Source of the DNA: Octopus sinensis
Lineage: Eukaryota
Direction of reading: 5' to 3'
Assembly: GCF_006345805.1 (NCBI RefSeq)
Contig: NW_021837021.1
Coordinates: 1 to 21,941, forward strand
Length of the DNA: 21,941 nt
The notes below the pieces were generated by a model. It was not told where the DNA came from. It did not search any database and saw only the letters and a list, made by a program, of their open reading frames with translations. Made by a program: the position numbers and the translations under genes. The stretch's first letter is position 1. Each line of letters opens with the position of its first letter. Shown piece by piece: positions 1 to 11,513 of the stretch.

Positions 1-6
1 AGAAAA

Positions 7-84
7 GAGGGGAAAATATATTTAATATGGTGCGAAAGAAAAAAGAAAGAAAGAAAGAAAGATAGATAGAAATAAATAAATAAA

Positions 85-157
<73 letters not shown>

Positions 158-190
158 GGGGAAAATATATTTAATATGGTGCGAAAGAAA
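7..190. repeat. 35-bp perfect direct repeat (7-41, 156-190) flanking a (GAAA)n microsatellite
   Basis: GAGGGGAAAATATATTTAATATGGTGCGAAAGAAA occurs at 7-41 and 156-190; the interval is mostly (GAAA)n. Confidence 0.9.
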
Positions 191-571
191 GGATTCGCTG
201 TGGGTAGATGATAATTTGTTTTTTTTACTTGTAGGGGCTAGAGGAAGGGGCAATTCCTGTAGCCTTCGTGAACCGTCAGATATTTCGGTAAGAATGATGT
301 GGTGAGATATTGTTGGAGGAAGAATAAAGTTGGAGGAGATAGAAATGGTGTAAAAAGGAGAGGAGATGAGATGAGAGAGTGGGTGATTAAACAGATAAGG
401 GAAGAAGTGAGAGGAAGATGAGCATGGGAAGTGAAGGGTGGGGTGGGGAAACATATGTACCCGGTGGAGGGATGGAGAGGGTTACAGAGATGTAGTGGTG
501 CTGGTAGGGGAGATAGGTGTAGAAAAATAAAAGACGTGGGCATGAAAGGCTCAAGAAAGGAACATATACAT

Positions 572-800
572 GGCGAGCTGGCAGAAACGTCAGCGCGCCG
601 GGCGAAATGCTTAGCGGTATTTCGTCTGCCGTTACGTTCTGAGTTCAAATTCCGCCGAGGTCGACTTTGCCTTTCATCCTTTCGGGGTCGATTAAGTAAG
701 TACCAGTAACGCACTGGGGGGTCGATGTAATCGATTTAATCCGTTTGTCTGTCCTTGTTTGTTCCCTCTGTGTTAAGCCCCTTGTGGGTAGTAAAGAAAT
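572..800 (+). mobile_element. tRNA-derived SINE (octopus OR-like family), near full length
   Basis: A-box-like TGGCAGAA, B-box-like GAGTTCAAATTCC (641-653), central domain CCTTTCATCCTTTCGGGGTCGAT...AAGTACCAG; followed by (TA)n/(TG)n. Related copies at about 2060-2215, 12945-13070 and 19278-19490. Confidence 0.85.
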
Positions 801-801
801 A

Positions 802-863
<62 letters not shown>

Positions 864-878
864 TGTGTGTGTGTGTAT
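800..878. repeat. (TA)n/(TG)n microsatellite
   Basis: Seen directly. Confidence 0.95.
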
Positions 879-1500
879 GTCCATGGTGAGAAGGGAGAAT
901 GGTAGAGTGTTGTAGAAATGATGGTAAGAGCAGATAAGAGATAAGAGAAGCTTTAGTCAGGATGACTCAAGCTAATAGACATGCGCTTTGAGTGCTCAAA
1001 TTGGGATGCCACTGAAATTCTGGTTTGAACTGCAGTTGAAGATGTGGTTTTGTGACCGCTCTTTCTAAAGCGGCTAGAAGTGTCTCCCCTTTGAGCTGGT
1101 AGGTATACATTAAGGTAGATGTACCATTAGCTGGGATACTGTAGATAAAGTTGTTAGAGACTATCTACGCCTTTTATTCTATAGCTAAATTCAATATTTT
1201 TGTCAAGTCTTGCCAAACTGTTTTGCCTTTTCTTTTCTGCTTTAATCTTGGAGAAGATAACTATAGAAAAAATGACGTGGATGTGAAGGGAAAAGTAAAA
1301 AGAAAAAGACGTAGGACAAAAGAAAAGGGTTGAGAGAGAAGAAAAGAGGAAGATTTTGAGTAAAACATGGCTAAAGGAACAATATTTTAATAGGACGCTT
1401 TGAATACTAAATACCAATATAGTAAGAGCCTTTGTTAATCAATGTTGACCCAGAATCTGCGCATGCAAGGCCTGGTTAAGATGTTTTTTGAGAAAGACTA

Positions 1501-1600
1501 GCAGTTGTCTCTCCATACCACCGATATTTATCCAACGAAAAGGGTTCCGATGTGGCTCAATACAGTTTGGCAAAATGGTTGTCGCAGATGTTGCTATCAG
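1501..1600 (+). pseudogene. Possible degenerate Penelope-like RT fragment
   Basis: The frame from 1501 reads PYHRYLSNEKGSDVAQYSLAKWLSQML, reminiscent of the PLE RT motif PLRPILS..GS...Y.LAKWL. It is short, has stops upstream and was matched by eye only. Confidence 0.3.
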
Positions 1601-1626
1601 AAAGCAAACAACCATCGATATATATA

Positions 1627-2003
1627 TTCTTTTATCATTTTGTTCTTTTACTTATTTCAGTCATTTGACTGCAGCCATGCTGGAGCACCGCCTTTGGTCG
1701 AACAAATCGACCCCAGGACTTATTCTTTGTAAGTCTAGTACTTATTCTATCGGTCTCTTTTGCCGAGCCGATAAGTTACGGGGACGTAAACAAACCAACA
1801 TCGGTTGTCAAAGCGATGGCGGGGGGACAAACAGAAACACAAATACATACATATTTTTTCAGTTTCCATCAACCAAATCCACTCACAAGGCCTTGGTCGG
1901 CCCGAGGTATGGTAGAAAACACTCGCCCAAGGTGCCACGCAGTGGGACTGAACCCGGAACCCTGTGGTTGGAAAGCAAGCTTCATACCACACAACCACGC
2001 CTG
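1627..2003 (-). mobile_element. tRNA-derived SINE (octopus OK-like family), full length
   Basis: Minus strand: head CAGGCGTGGTTGTGTGG...CCGGGTTCAGTCCCACTGCGTGGCACCTTGGGC, body GGCCGACCAAGGCCTTGTGAGTGGATTTGG, tail GTGCTCCAGCATGGCTGCAGTCAAATGACTGAAA. Many related copies occur in the window. Confidence 0.9.
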
Positions 2004-2059
2004 TGTGTGTATATATATATCGTTCAGCTTCTTGTTCGACACTCTGATATTTTTGCCAA

Positions 2060-2215
2060 TCCATCGGTCTTCCTTTTATTTAATCGATCTTGAAAAATCA
2101 TAAAAGGAAAAAAAAGCTAACCTCGGAAGGACTTGAACAGAGAGTCGGAACAAACGCTGTGTGTGGGGTGGGGTCCTTCTATCCAACGCGCTAACGACTC
2201 AGCTAGTTTGCTGAC
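2060..2215 (-). mobile_element. Degenerate OR-like SINE
   Basis: The minus strand shows GAGTCGTTAGCGCG...TTCAAGTCCTTCCGAGGTTAGC...AAGATCGATTAAATAA, a diverged match to 572-800. Confidence 0.45.
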
Positions 2216-2603
2216 ACGACAAATATGACAGATAGTCACATATCTAATATAGTGAGTTGAAATTCATTGATAAATTGAGATTATCCTTGAAATTATATGA
2301 CAAAATCTCCCCCTGGTGGTGTTAAAAATATCTAAAAACATCAAATATAATACATAAATTAAAATATATTTTTAAAAAATACGTAGTGTACCTTAGATGA
2401 GTAGACGAAGAATCGTATATGTTGTATGGAAAACGAAACTCGGGAGGTGAGTGTGTGTTGTTGTTTTGCATTTATAATAAAATAAATATATGCAAATTAT
2501 AAAAATAATTTTAAAAGATATACAGTACGGTACTGTTTCTACTTCGCTGAATTTCACCGGGTGAGTTGGAACGTAACACCCGCAATAGTCGAGGGATCAC
2601 TGC

Positions 2604-2605
2604 AT

Positions 2606-2650
<45 letters not shown>

Positions 2651-3070
2651 ATATATATATAAAGGGGTTGTATGATTGTGTATAGAGGAATATATTATTC
2701 AAAGGAATTCCAACTCTGTTTTTTATGTTTTATTTATATTCTTTATAATATTAATGTAGAATATAGAATATATAGTATAAATAGTATATATATAGTAAAA
2801 TGAAATGAAGTATTGATTGTATTATAGAATACATGAAATGTTGAATATAAAATATTAGGGGACTAGTATACTTTCTTGCATTTAAGCAGTCCTCAAGGTC
2901 CCAGGTTACATATATATATATATGTATACACACACACACACACACACACACATACAAGCATATGCATACATACATGCATGCAGATAGACAGACACATGAC
3001 AATGAGACAGAGAGAGACAGAGAGAGAAGAGACGGAGGGGAAGGGAGGAGGGGGGAGGGAGCGAGAGAGG
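2604..3070. repeat. (TA)n, (CA)n and (GA)n microsatellites in AT-rich low-complexity DNA
   Basis: Runs at 2604-2660 and 2907-3070. Confidence 0.9.
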
Positions 3071-3336
3071 GTGAGTGAGAGCTGAGAGATTCTGTATACA
3101 TAATTGCGTTGGCCAATATTTACATTGTTTGTGAAGAGCTCTTCAACAAGTGTTGGTTAGGTACGTTCTCCGGAAGAAGGCAATCCACATTGAACATATG
3201 TTTGTCGGGAGATAGACAGATGCAGCCAATCCAAACGGGTCGGATTATCATTTTCAGCACCGAATGAGACTTTCTACAACAATGGCCTCTTTCAAAACAA
3301 AACAAAACAAAAAATCTGAAACTGCCTTCTCGACTA

Positions 3337-3337
3337 C

Positions 3338-3390
<53 letters not shown>

Positions 3391-3436
3391 CATCCATTTT
3401 TCTATCTAACAAGCCATCTATCCATCTGTCTATCTA

Positions 3437-3508
<72 letters not shown>

Positions 3509-3525
3509 GCTTTCTGTCTATCTAG

Positions 3526-3575
<50 letters not shown>

Positions 3576-3840
3576 ATCTATCTATCTATCTATCTATCTC
3601 TATATGTTTGTGTGTCAGAGACAGTGTGTGTGTGCGTATATGCGTGCGTGTGTGCGTGTGCGTGTGTGTGTGTATGTTTAAGTTTGTGTTTGTGTGCGCT
3701 TGTAAAATATGTGTGTACTTGTGTGAAATAGTGTGCATGAACGATTGTATGTATATCAATACATAAACATTCGGGGTCTTTTTCCTCTTAAAATACATAT
3801 TGCTTCCTTGTTTACCATACACACACACACACGTACACAC
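3337..3840. repeat. (TCTA)n/(TTTC)n tetranucleotide array followed by a TG-rich cryptic repeat
   Basis: Seen directly. Confidence 0.95.
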
Positions 3841-3908
3841 AAAGAGTGGGGGAGAGAGAACGTATATGTGCTCCTCTTTTTATTGTCTGTGTTGAATTAT
3901 ATCATGCA

Positions 3909-4309
3909 CTAGCAGTATCGCCCGGCGTTGCTCGGGTTTGTTTCGACCCTTTAGAATTGGAATTTTTGTAAAATAAAAAATTTGCATTATGTAGCTTGTT
4001 ATTCTCTTTAAGTGAACATTTTTCTGCTTGAAATTTACCGAAAAATGGTGACACAACAGTCACAAAATCGTAAAAAATAGGGATTTTCATAGAAAAAAAG
4101 CACCTTTTTGATGTAAATAATTTTTGGTGTTAACATGGTCTGATTTGAATTTTTTCTTCTACGGAATGAAGAGCAAGCCTTCTTCTATCATACTCTCAAT
4201 TTTGGTCAATTTGCGCTGCATGGTCTCGGAGGAGATAGCGTTAGTTGAAGGCTACCAAACCTGCCATACACTGAAGACAACTTCAGCTTTATATATATAT
4301 AGAGAGAGA
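3909..4309 (-). mobile_element. Non-autonomous Helitron, 401 bp, both termini intact
   Basis: The minus strand starts A|TCTCTCTCTATATATATATAAAGCTGAAG (5' TC at 4309-4308). It ends in hairpin CCCGAGCAACGCCGGG (3936-3921), 8 nt, then CTAG|T (3912-3909). It sits between A and T with no TSD, and has a small CTGAAG/CTTCAG hairpin at 4271-4286. Confidence 0.9.
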
Positions 4310-5229
4310 TTAATAGACAATATTGTCTTCGATTGTAAGCTTCCAATGTGAAACTATCAGTGAGTTTCCGAATTTCAGGTGAGAAAGACAAAAGGTGTTT
4401 CTGCAGTCATCCTTTCAAAGCCTGGATCCCACAAGCCACGATGGTTGTTGTGACAGTTTCTGGAAATTCGTTTCAGATTCTCAAAATCGAATGCTGAAAA
4501 TTCTTATTCGGAGTGTATGCATGGCGTCAAGAGTTGAGAGGCTGTATGCAGGTATGAATGCATACAGCCAGTTGTATAAAATGGCGTCTTCCACACAGCA
4601 TCGCTAGACCTGCTCCGATCTCCGATGAGATTTCAGACGTCCGTGAGATACAATTTGTGCGCCCTGTAGAACACCGTCGCTGCAGCAATTCGTCTCTTCT
4701 GTTGGCATCTGTTGATAAAGAACTGCTTTTTAAAATCTTTATATTTATTCAGTAACATCGTTTCTGTCAACTTCATTGAGAAAGATTTTTCTCTGAGACT
4801 CAATGAGTTGTAATGTTTTCTGAAACGGTTGTTTAACATGCACAGAAGTACTCCATATTGTTTCAAAATTTTAAACGGTGGCTCTTCCTTTCTTGTTCAG
4901 CTTTTCTGTAATATTTCCTACCGACCTAACCTGAACAGTTATGCTAGCTATGGCTGCAGTCACAACCTCAACCGTTTCGTCAAAGGTAACCTCCACCAGA
5001 GTGCAGTGTACAGTTTGATGAGCGGCTTCTTTTTCTTGATAAAACCATAGCCTTATATTTACATAGTTGAAATTTTACTTACCGATCGTCTCCTCTGAGC
5101 TTCAGGCTAGCAAAGGTCTTTATTCAAATTAGCCGCGGCTGCATTATTTTCTTTTGCCGATGTTATTGATGCAAAAAGCGTGGTTAACGAAGAGGTGCGG
5201 TTTATTTTCACAGTTTTATTAGGTTAGCT

Positions 5230-5538
5230 GTGGGGGCGCAATGGCCCAGTGGTTAGGGCAGCGGACTCGCCATCGTAGGATCGCGGTTTCGATTCCCAGA
5301 CCGGGCGTTGTGAGTGTTTATTGGGCGAAAACACCTAAATCTTCACGAGGCTCCGGCAGGGGGTGGTGGTGATTCCTGCTGTACTCTTTCACCACAACTT
5401 TCTCTCACTCTTTCTTCTGTTGGCCTGCTCATTTAGCCAGCAGGGTGGCGTCATTTGAAGGCTAAAACAATGCGAAGCGCATTGTGACTAGCAATGTGTA
5501 GCAACATCTGATGGCCTGGTCGGTCACGTGATCACGTG
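5230..5538 (+). mobile_element. Full-length tRNA-derived SINE with perfect 12-bp TSD
   Basis: A box TGGCCCAGTGG, B-box-like GGTTTCGATTCC, 3' end (CACGTG AT)x2; TSD ATTAGGTTAGCT at 5218-5229 and 5539-5550. Confidence 0.93.
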
Positions 5539-5639
5539 ATTAGGTTAGCTATAAAGATTAAGGACACACAACGCCCAAGTATTGATACTAACAGGACTGA
5601 CGGATTGATGAATGATTAACCAGAGTGTTGATCGAAATA

Positions 5640-5945
5640 ATATATAATATAATATATATAATAATATAATGAAATTATTGTATACAGTGCTCAGGTGCAC
5701 CACAACTTGTCAGAAAGTGCATATAAAAAAGTATATGCAGTAATGTAAAAATGTCTGGAAAGCGAACAATGTATGAGTCAGATACATGCTTGTGTGTGTA
5801 TGGAGGGGAGAAAATCAGGTGTAGTGTTGGCGAATCTCAGAAAGCATGGAAGTTTTGAAGGATGCAGTGCTCCGACAACTAACAACTGATGCCGGCAGTT
5901 TGTTCCATGCTTCAGCAACTCTCAGCGTGAAAAAATGTTTGTGAC
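5640..5945 (-). mobile_element. CR1-clade LINE 3' end (RT C-terminus plus 3' UTR), heavily 5'-truncated
   Basis: KHFFTLRVAEAWNKLPASVVSCRSTASFKTSM matches the CR1 ORF2 C-terminal motif (FFS.RV...WN.LP..VV...S...FK); stop at 5815, then UTR and an AT-rich tail near 5640-5670. Confidence 0.85.
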
Positions 5946-6401
5946 CTAATAGTGACCTTTTATAGAATCTTTTTTTCCTAAAGCCTATTTCTATGACTGG
6001 ACAGGTTTCTCGGTGAAAAGCGAAATTTAACACAGTTTCGGACGGTACAAAGTACGCAGATTGCGTTTAAGTTCAATATGCAGGATCAAAATTATGGAGG
6101 ATGTACTTTGATCAGTCTTTGGGGTGAATGTCCTGACAGTTTACTCTGGCGATGGTGCGTTGTGACACAATGATCATTCTTAATGAGTTCACGGGAATCA
6201 GATATCCAAATGCTTCTTGTATGATATCGGCATTCTTTGTTGAGGACTGGAATTTTTTAATTTTTTCTTTTTGAGCTGAGGAGTTTTCAGATTCGAGTGT
6301 GGTAGGTAGGACTGCAAGATCTATTTTCATAATGGTAATAGCACAAAATTTTCTCAAAACTGTTAGAAATTAGCCTAAAAAGGCAATTTTTTCAAAACTT
6401 G

Positions 6402-6725
6402 TGTATATGTGCACACACACATGTACACACGCACATGCACACACACACGCACCCACACACGCGCACACGCACACACACACACGTATACACACACGTGCAC
6501 ACACAACGCACACACGCATACACACGCACACGTACACACACCTACACACGCACACACGCACACGCATAGACACATACGCACACGCACTCGCACACTCACA
6601 CGTACACACACACGCACACACACACGCACGCACATACATACATACATACATACCTACATACATACATACCTACATACATACATGCATACATACATACATA
6701 CATACATAATACATACATACATACA

Positions 6726-6758
<33 letters not shown>

Positions 6759-6830
6759 GTTTGTGTGACTATACATATGTGTATGCCCGTATGTGTGCGT
6801 GCGTGCGTGTGTGCATGTATGCCATACACA
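6402..6830. repeat. Degenerate (CA)n plus (TACA)n microsatellite
   Basis: Seen directly; explains ORFs 6370-6856. Confidence 0.95.
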
Positions 6831-7084
6831 TCAGGATTTCCTGTAAATCGGCTCAAATTTACAGAATTGGTAATTCAGAACGATATACAATCGGCTCAAA
6901 AAAGAAAATGAAGAAATAAGAATTCTAAATTAGTAAACAGCTTGAATTTAAAGAAAATAAAAATCGGGCACGGCGGCGCAGCCCTGAAATGAAGCGCACA
7001 CCATCACCACCGCCACCCCCACGGCTAGCGCAATCTGGGTACCCCCGGCAAGCTACGGAATGGGGTTTGCGATTCTTTGATCAT

Positions 7085-7450
7085 TACAGATGTCATAACA
7101 GGGGCCGGTGGTGGTGGTGGGTGTGGCGGTGGTGGCGGTGATGGTGATGATGGTGGTGGCGGTGGTGGTGTTGGTGGTGGCGGTGGCGGAGTTAGCGGTT
7201 GTAGCATTGATGTTGATGATGGTGGTGGCGACGGTGGTGTTGTTGGTGGTGGTGGTGATTGTCGTTGTCAGTCATATTTGCGGTGGTAGCGTTGGTGAAT
7301 AGTCGTTGCTACTACTACAGCCATTGGCGGTGGTGGTGGGGGCGGCAGCGGCGGTGGCAGTGATGGTGGTGCTGGTGGTGGTGCTGGTGGTGATGCTGGT
7401 GGTGGGGGTGGTGCTGTTATTACTGCTGGTGGTCGTGCTGCTACTGCTGC
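7085..7450. repeat. GGT/GGC/GAT trinucleotide low-complexity tract
   Basis: Seen directly; explains the Gly-, Val- and Pro-rich ORFs. Confidence 0.9.
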
Positions 7451-8611
7451 AGGATGTAAAACTGCTGTTGATGCAGCTCCTGACCTGTAGAAACGGGGTC
7501 AGATGAAATCGGGGTCATATGACTAATTACAACCCTTAGAATTTCTAGTGCTTTTTTTTCTTCTTCTTAATAAGCTTAAACACCGTATGAAACGACTTCG
7601 AGATTTCAACTTTTACGTAAATAACCAAAACATCAGCAGTGTTGATTTTCCATACCAATGTTTACTCTGCGGTAGGCCCTGTTCAATTCGGCGCTTAGAT
7701 TTTTTAATTGATTTTTTTTAAACAAAAGTTTGAAAACAAAGCATATTTGTTTTGTTTTACCTTCATGGTTTGAGAATGTTAATTTTTAATCTAATAAAGG
7801 CTTTAAAATTGACAAAATGTGTTTATTGTTGATTACAGTAAGATAAAATCATAACAATAACAATACATCTCGTAGTTGTAAAATAAGACATTTTGAAACT
7901 ACATATACGTCAACAACGAAAAAGCTAGCTGCGGACCCGTAGCTCTATATGTTTACTGGTTACTCCGACGCGAGAAAAAAGGAAAAAAAGCGTGTAATTT
8001 GCAACACAGGCAGTAAACAAAAAATAAAATAGAACAGAGTGGTGACATTTAGTAGAGGTGACCCAGAAGTTGTTCCTCTTCGATTACTGTCGCAAACAGT
8101 AGCTTTTTTCAACTGAATACACGTCGTTGACTGGCTACAATTACCCAAATACGACAACTTTAACACGAAATAACTTCTAAAATATGAAATTTTGTCAAAA
8201 ATGTTCAAAGTAAACCGTGTTCTGCGTGAGAAATTCCACCAGTATACGAAGTTTTAAAGTGTTTAGTTTTAAAAAATTAAGTAAAAAATCTGTGCGGCAA
8301 ACTGAACATATCCCTGAGGTAGACCCAAAGATTTTAGTCGTCACTACGTTCGTAAACAAAAAGAATTTACAAGATACTTAAGACGGACGTAAACGTCTGT
8401 CATGTTTATAAAATCTCAATGAAACCGATTGGTTGACGCAGTTTTATTTATTATCGTTTCACCAGCAATTGGTTATTCTACATTTTATTGGTACCGCAAG
8501 ATTGTATACATAGATAGCAACTGTTGTTACGCTTATAAACTAGATCAGGTTGACTGATTTGTGTAGGTGACACATTTTCCACAGTTACGACAAGATATTT
8601 GACTGTATTGC

Positions 8612-8740
8612 TCAGATGCTCACCTGGCAACTATGAGATTTCGGGTCCAGTCTCATTGTGTCTCCTACTACAGACTCAGGCCGACCAAAACCTCGTCAGT
8701 GAACAATGTGGCGGAAACTATGAGGAAGTCAGTCGTGTGA
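8612..8740 (+). mobile_element. Degenerate 5' half of an OK-like SINE
   Basis: CGGGTCCAGTC...TGTCTCCTACTACAGACTCAGGCCGACCAAAACCTCGTCAGTG...GCGGAAACT aligns by eye with the head and body of 11302-11467. Confidence 0.7.
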
Positions 8741-8804
8741 AGTTCTCTCTGCCATCGATTACGTCATCTTATTCATTCGAAGTACGCCATTTATGCCACC
8801 TTTA

Positions 8805-8819
8805 ATATATATGTGTGTG

Positions 8820-8903
<84 letters not shown>

Positions 8904-9100
8904 GTATGTATATATATGTAGGTATGTATTGGCACACCGTATTTATGTATGTATATATGTATGTATGTAATACATACACCACACACACACACACACAAAC
9001 ATACCTACATACATACATACATACATACATACATACATACATACATACATACATACATACATACATACATACATAAATGCATACATACATGTGAGTGTGT
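8805..9100. repeat. (TA)n/(TACA)n microsatellite
   Basis: Seen directly. Confidence 0.95.
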
Positions 9101-9524
9101 ATGGTCATCTCGCTTCGACTTGTCGCTTGGTGCTAATCACAGAGATTCAAAGAACGGCACTGCTGCTGTAGAAACGTTTATCTCTATAATCCGATGACGT
9201 ACAGGTGTGTCTTTATGGTGACTTCATTTGTCTTTCCATTTACTGAATGTCCTGCGGCGACAGAAGGAAGATACGAGTCCAAACCTAAGCAGTTGGAAGT
9301 GCAATGTTAATTACATTCACCGGTCGCCTATGCGCAAGCCATGCAGATCTGCAACGGAACTACACGGTCATCAGAGAGGTCACGGTCGGAAAGTCCCAAA
9401 TGCTATTGACAACGAGGAAGTACAAGAGGATGTCAATTATCGTCCAAGATGAAACAATCACCATACATGTATGTATATTTTCCTGGTAACAAATTAATTG
9501 TAGTCATGAATTAATTGCCAGCAA

Positions 9525-9605
9525 TTAATATATATATGTATATATATGTATATGTATATATATTATATATATGTATATATATGTAATTATATTGTATATA
9601 TATAG

Positions 9606-9637
<32 letters not shown>

Positions 9638-9642
9638 GTATA

Positions 9643-9713
<71 letters not shown>

Positions 9714-9770
9714 ACATATATATTGTGTTTATGTGTGTGTTTATGTGTGTGTGTGTGTGTATCTTTATGT
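9525..9770. repeat. (TA)n/(TG)n microsatellite
   Basis: Seen directly. Confidence 0.95.
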
Positions 9771-9966
9771 CAGTGTTTGTCTCCCTAACATCGCTTGACA
9801 ACCGATGTTGATGTTTTTATGTCCCCGAAACTTAGCGGTTCGGCAAAATAAGTACTAGGCTTACAAAATATTAGTCCTGGGATAGATTTCTTCGACTAGA
9901 GGCTGTGCTCCAGCATGACCGCAGTCAAATGACTGAAATGAGTAAAAGAGTATTAGAGTAAGAGTA
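9770..9966 (+). mobile_element. 3' half of an OK-like SINE
   Basis: CATCGCTTGACAACCGATGTTG...TGCTCCAGCATGACCGCAGTCAAATGACTGAAA is the reverse complement of the 1627-1830 type tail. Confidence 0.85.
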
Positions 9967-9984
9967 CGTACATACGTTTGCTAG

Positions 9985-10245
9985 TTTGTTTGTGTGTGTA
10001 TGTGTATGTATGTATGTGCTTGTGTGTATGTGTATGTGTGTATGTGTATATGTGTGTATGTGTATATGTGTGGATGTGTGTATGTGTGTGTGTTTGTGTG
10101 TATATCTGTGTGGCTGTGTGTGTATGTGTGCATGTGTGCATGTGTGTGTGTGTGTGTGTGTGTGCATGTGTGTATTGTGTGTGTGTGTATGTGTATGTAT
10201 ATGTGCATGTGTGTGTATGCGTATGTGTCTGCGTGTGTGTGTGCA
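9985..10245. repeat. (TG)n/(TATG)n microsatellite
   Basis: Seen directly. Confidence 0.95.
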
Positions 10246-10419
10246 TCCACAGACGTGACAGAGGAATGGGGGAAGCAAGTGCATTGAAACAGTCCGAAAG
10301 GCGTCGCTAATGACGTTTACTGATGGAATATGGTTTCCAGGAATGAGTTAAAACAACATCCTCCTCCTCCTCCTCATCTGGTTTTCGTTTGTTAATCGCC
10401 GACAGGGGGAGACCTCCGC

Positions 10420-10542
10420 ATTCGCCACAACCACCACAACAACCACCATAAACCATCACCGCATCAACCTACCACCACCGGCGCCATCATCACTACCGTC
10501 ATCATCAGGGTCTTCATCATCATCATCATCATCATCATTATC

Positions 10543-10602
<60 letters not shown>

Positions 10603-11060
10603 CCCACGATTATGATCATTCCATTATCACCACCACGACAACCATTACCACCACAACCATAATCATCATCATTATTACCAGCATCATGCCCACCCCGTAG
10701 ACTATCACCAACACTACTGTTGTCATAACTACAAACACCATCATCATCATCATATGAATGCCGCCGCCACCACCATCATCATCATCATCATCATCTTCTT
10801 TATCATCAGCATCAGCATCACCACCATCACCGTCGTCGCCATCACCGTCATCTCATAATCTTCATCGCCATCATCGTCGTCGTCATCATCGTCATCGCCA
10901 TCATCGTCATTGCCATTATCCTTGACACCATCATCGAGGTCGACATCATCCCCGTCACCATCATCCTCGTCGCCATCATCGTCATCGCCATCATCGTCAT
11001 CGCCATAATCATCGTCGCCATCATCGTCGTCGCCATCATCGTCATCGTCATCGCCATCGT
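10420..11060. repeat. CAC/CAT/AAT/CGT trinucleotide low-complexity tract
   Basis: Seen directly, including pure (AAT)n at about 10540-10600. Confidence 0.95.
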
Positions 11061-11112
11061 CGTTGCTGTTATTGCTTTCGTGGTGGTTAAGGCTTGGTTT
11101 TTATTTCATCTT

Positions 11113-11253
11113 TCACTCGAACTTATTTGGGTCAATCCGGTGCAGTATTTCTTCTCCAAACAGGTCGGTCACGGCGTATGAATACATCAAATATAAGCAC
11201 AAGATGGCTTCTTGAACTAAATGTGTCTTGAAACACTCAGTTGTCGAAAATAT
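11113..11253 (-). CDS. Candidate terminal coding exon of an unidentified host gene
   Basis: Unique non-repeat DNA with an open frame: IFSTTECFKTHLVQEAILCLYLMYSYAVTDLFGEEILHRIDPNKFE*. Acceptor TCTGTTTGCTTCCGAAG| gives phase 0, and AATAAA lies at 11105-11100. No homology was recognised. Confidence 0.3.
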   Translation of the reverse strand: MFSTTECFKTHLVQEAILCLYLMYSYAVTDLFGEEILHRIDPNKFE

Positions 11254-11301
11254 CTTCGGAAGCAAACAGACTGGAACGTCCAACTTCATAAAATATTGCA
11301 T

Positions 11302-11467
11302 AGGCGCAGGCGCGGCTGTGTGGTGAGAATCTTGCTTCCCAACCACATGGTTCCGGGTTCAGTTCCACTGCGTGGCACCTCGGTCGAATGATTTCTATTA
11401 TAGCTTTGGGCCGACCAAAGCCTTGTGAGTGGATTTGGTAGACAGAAACTGGAATAAACCCGTCGTG
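11302..11467 (+). mobile_element. 5' half of an OK-like SINE
   Basis: GGCGCGGCTGTGTGGTGAGAATCTTGCTTCCCAACCACATGGTTCCGGGTTCAG...GGCCGACCAAAGCCTTGTGAGTGGATTTGGTAGAC; its internal microsatellite abuts the RTE tail. Confidence 0.9.
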
Positions 11468-11480
11468 AACACATATATAT

Positions 11481-11511
<31 letters not shown>

Positions 11512-11513
<2 letters not shown>

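Noticed and set aside
238-1480. Purine-rich 238-570 and 885-1480 as possible LINE/PLE remnants
   Set aside because: Only vague GIY-YIG-like words (NFIYSIP) were seen, with no consistent frame. The 158-aa ORF is low complexity plus SINE.
1488-2093. 201-aa ORF and overlapping ORFs
   Set aside because: They are mostly translation of a SINE; the same peptides recur at other SINE copies.
4271-4286. CTGAAGA as a hammerhead core (also at about 6286, 12805 and 16808)
   Set aside because: No downstream stem II plus GAAAC and GUH; the 4271 case is the Helitron subterminal hairpin.
4560-5050. Minus-strand frame faintly like a Tc1/mariner HTH (SVGNITEKLNKKGRATV)
   Set aside because: Multiple stops, no DDE motif and no TIRs found; similarity too weak without a search.
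6112-6357. 81-aa minus ORF in unique-looking DNA
   Set aside because: No recognisable motif and weak splice signals; cannot be supported.
7025-7506. Gly-rich and Pro-rich ORFs resembling structural proteins
   Set aside because: Trinucleotide low-complexity DNA open in several frames on both strands, with no convincing splice context.
6370-10310. HT-, CV- and YI-rich ORFs
   Set aside because: Translations of (CA)n, (TG)n and (TA)n microsatellites.
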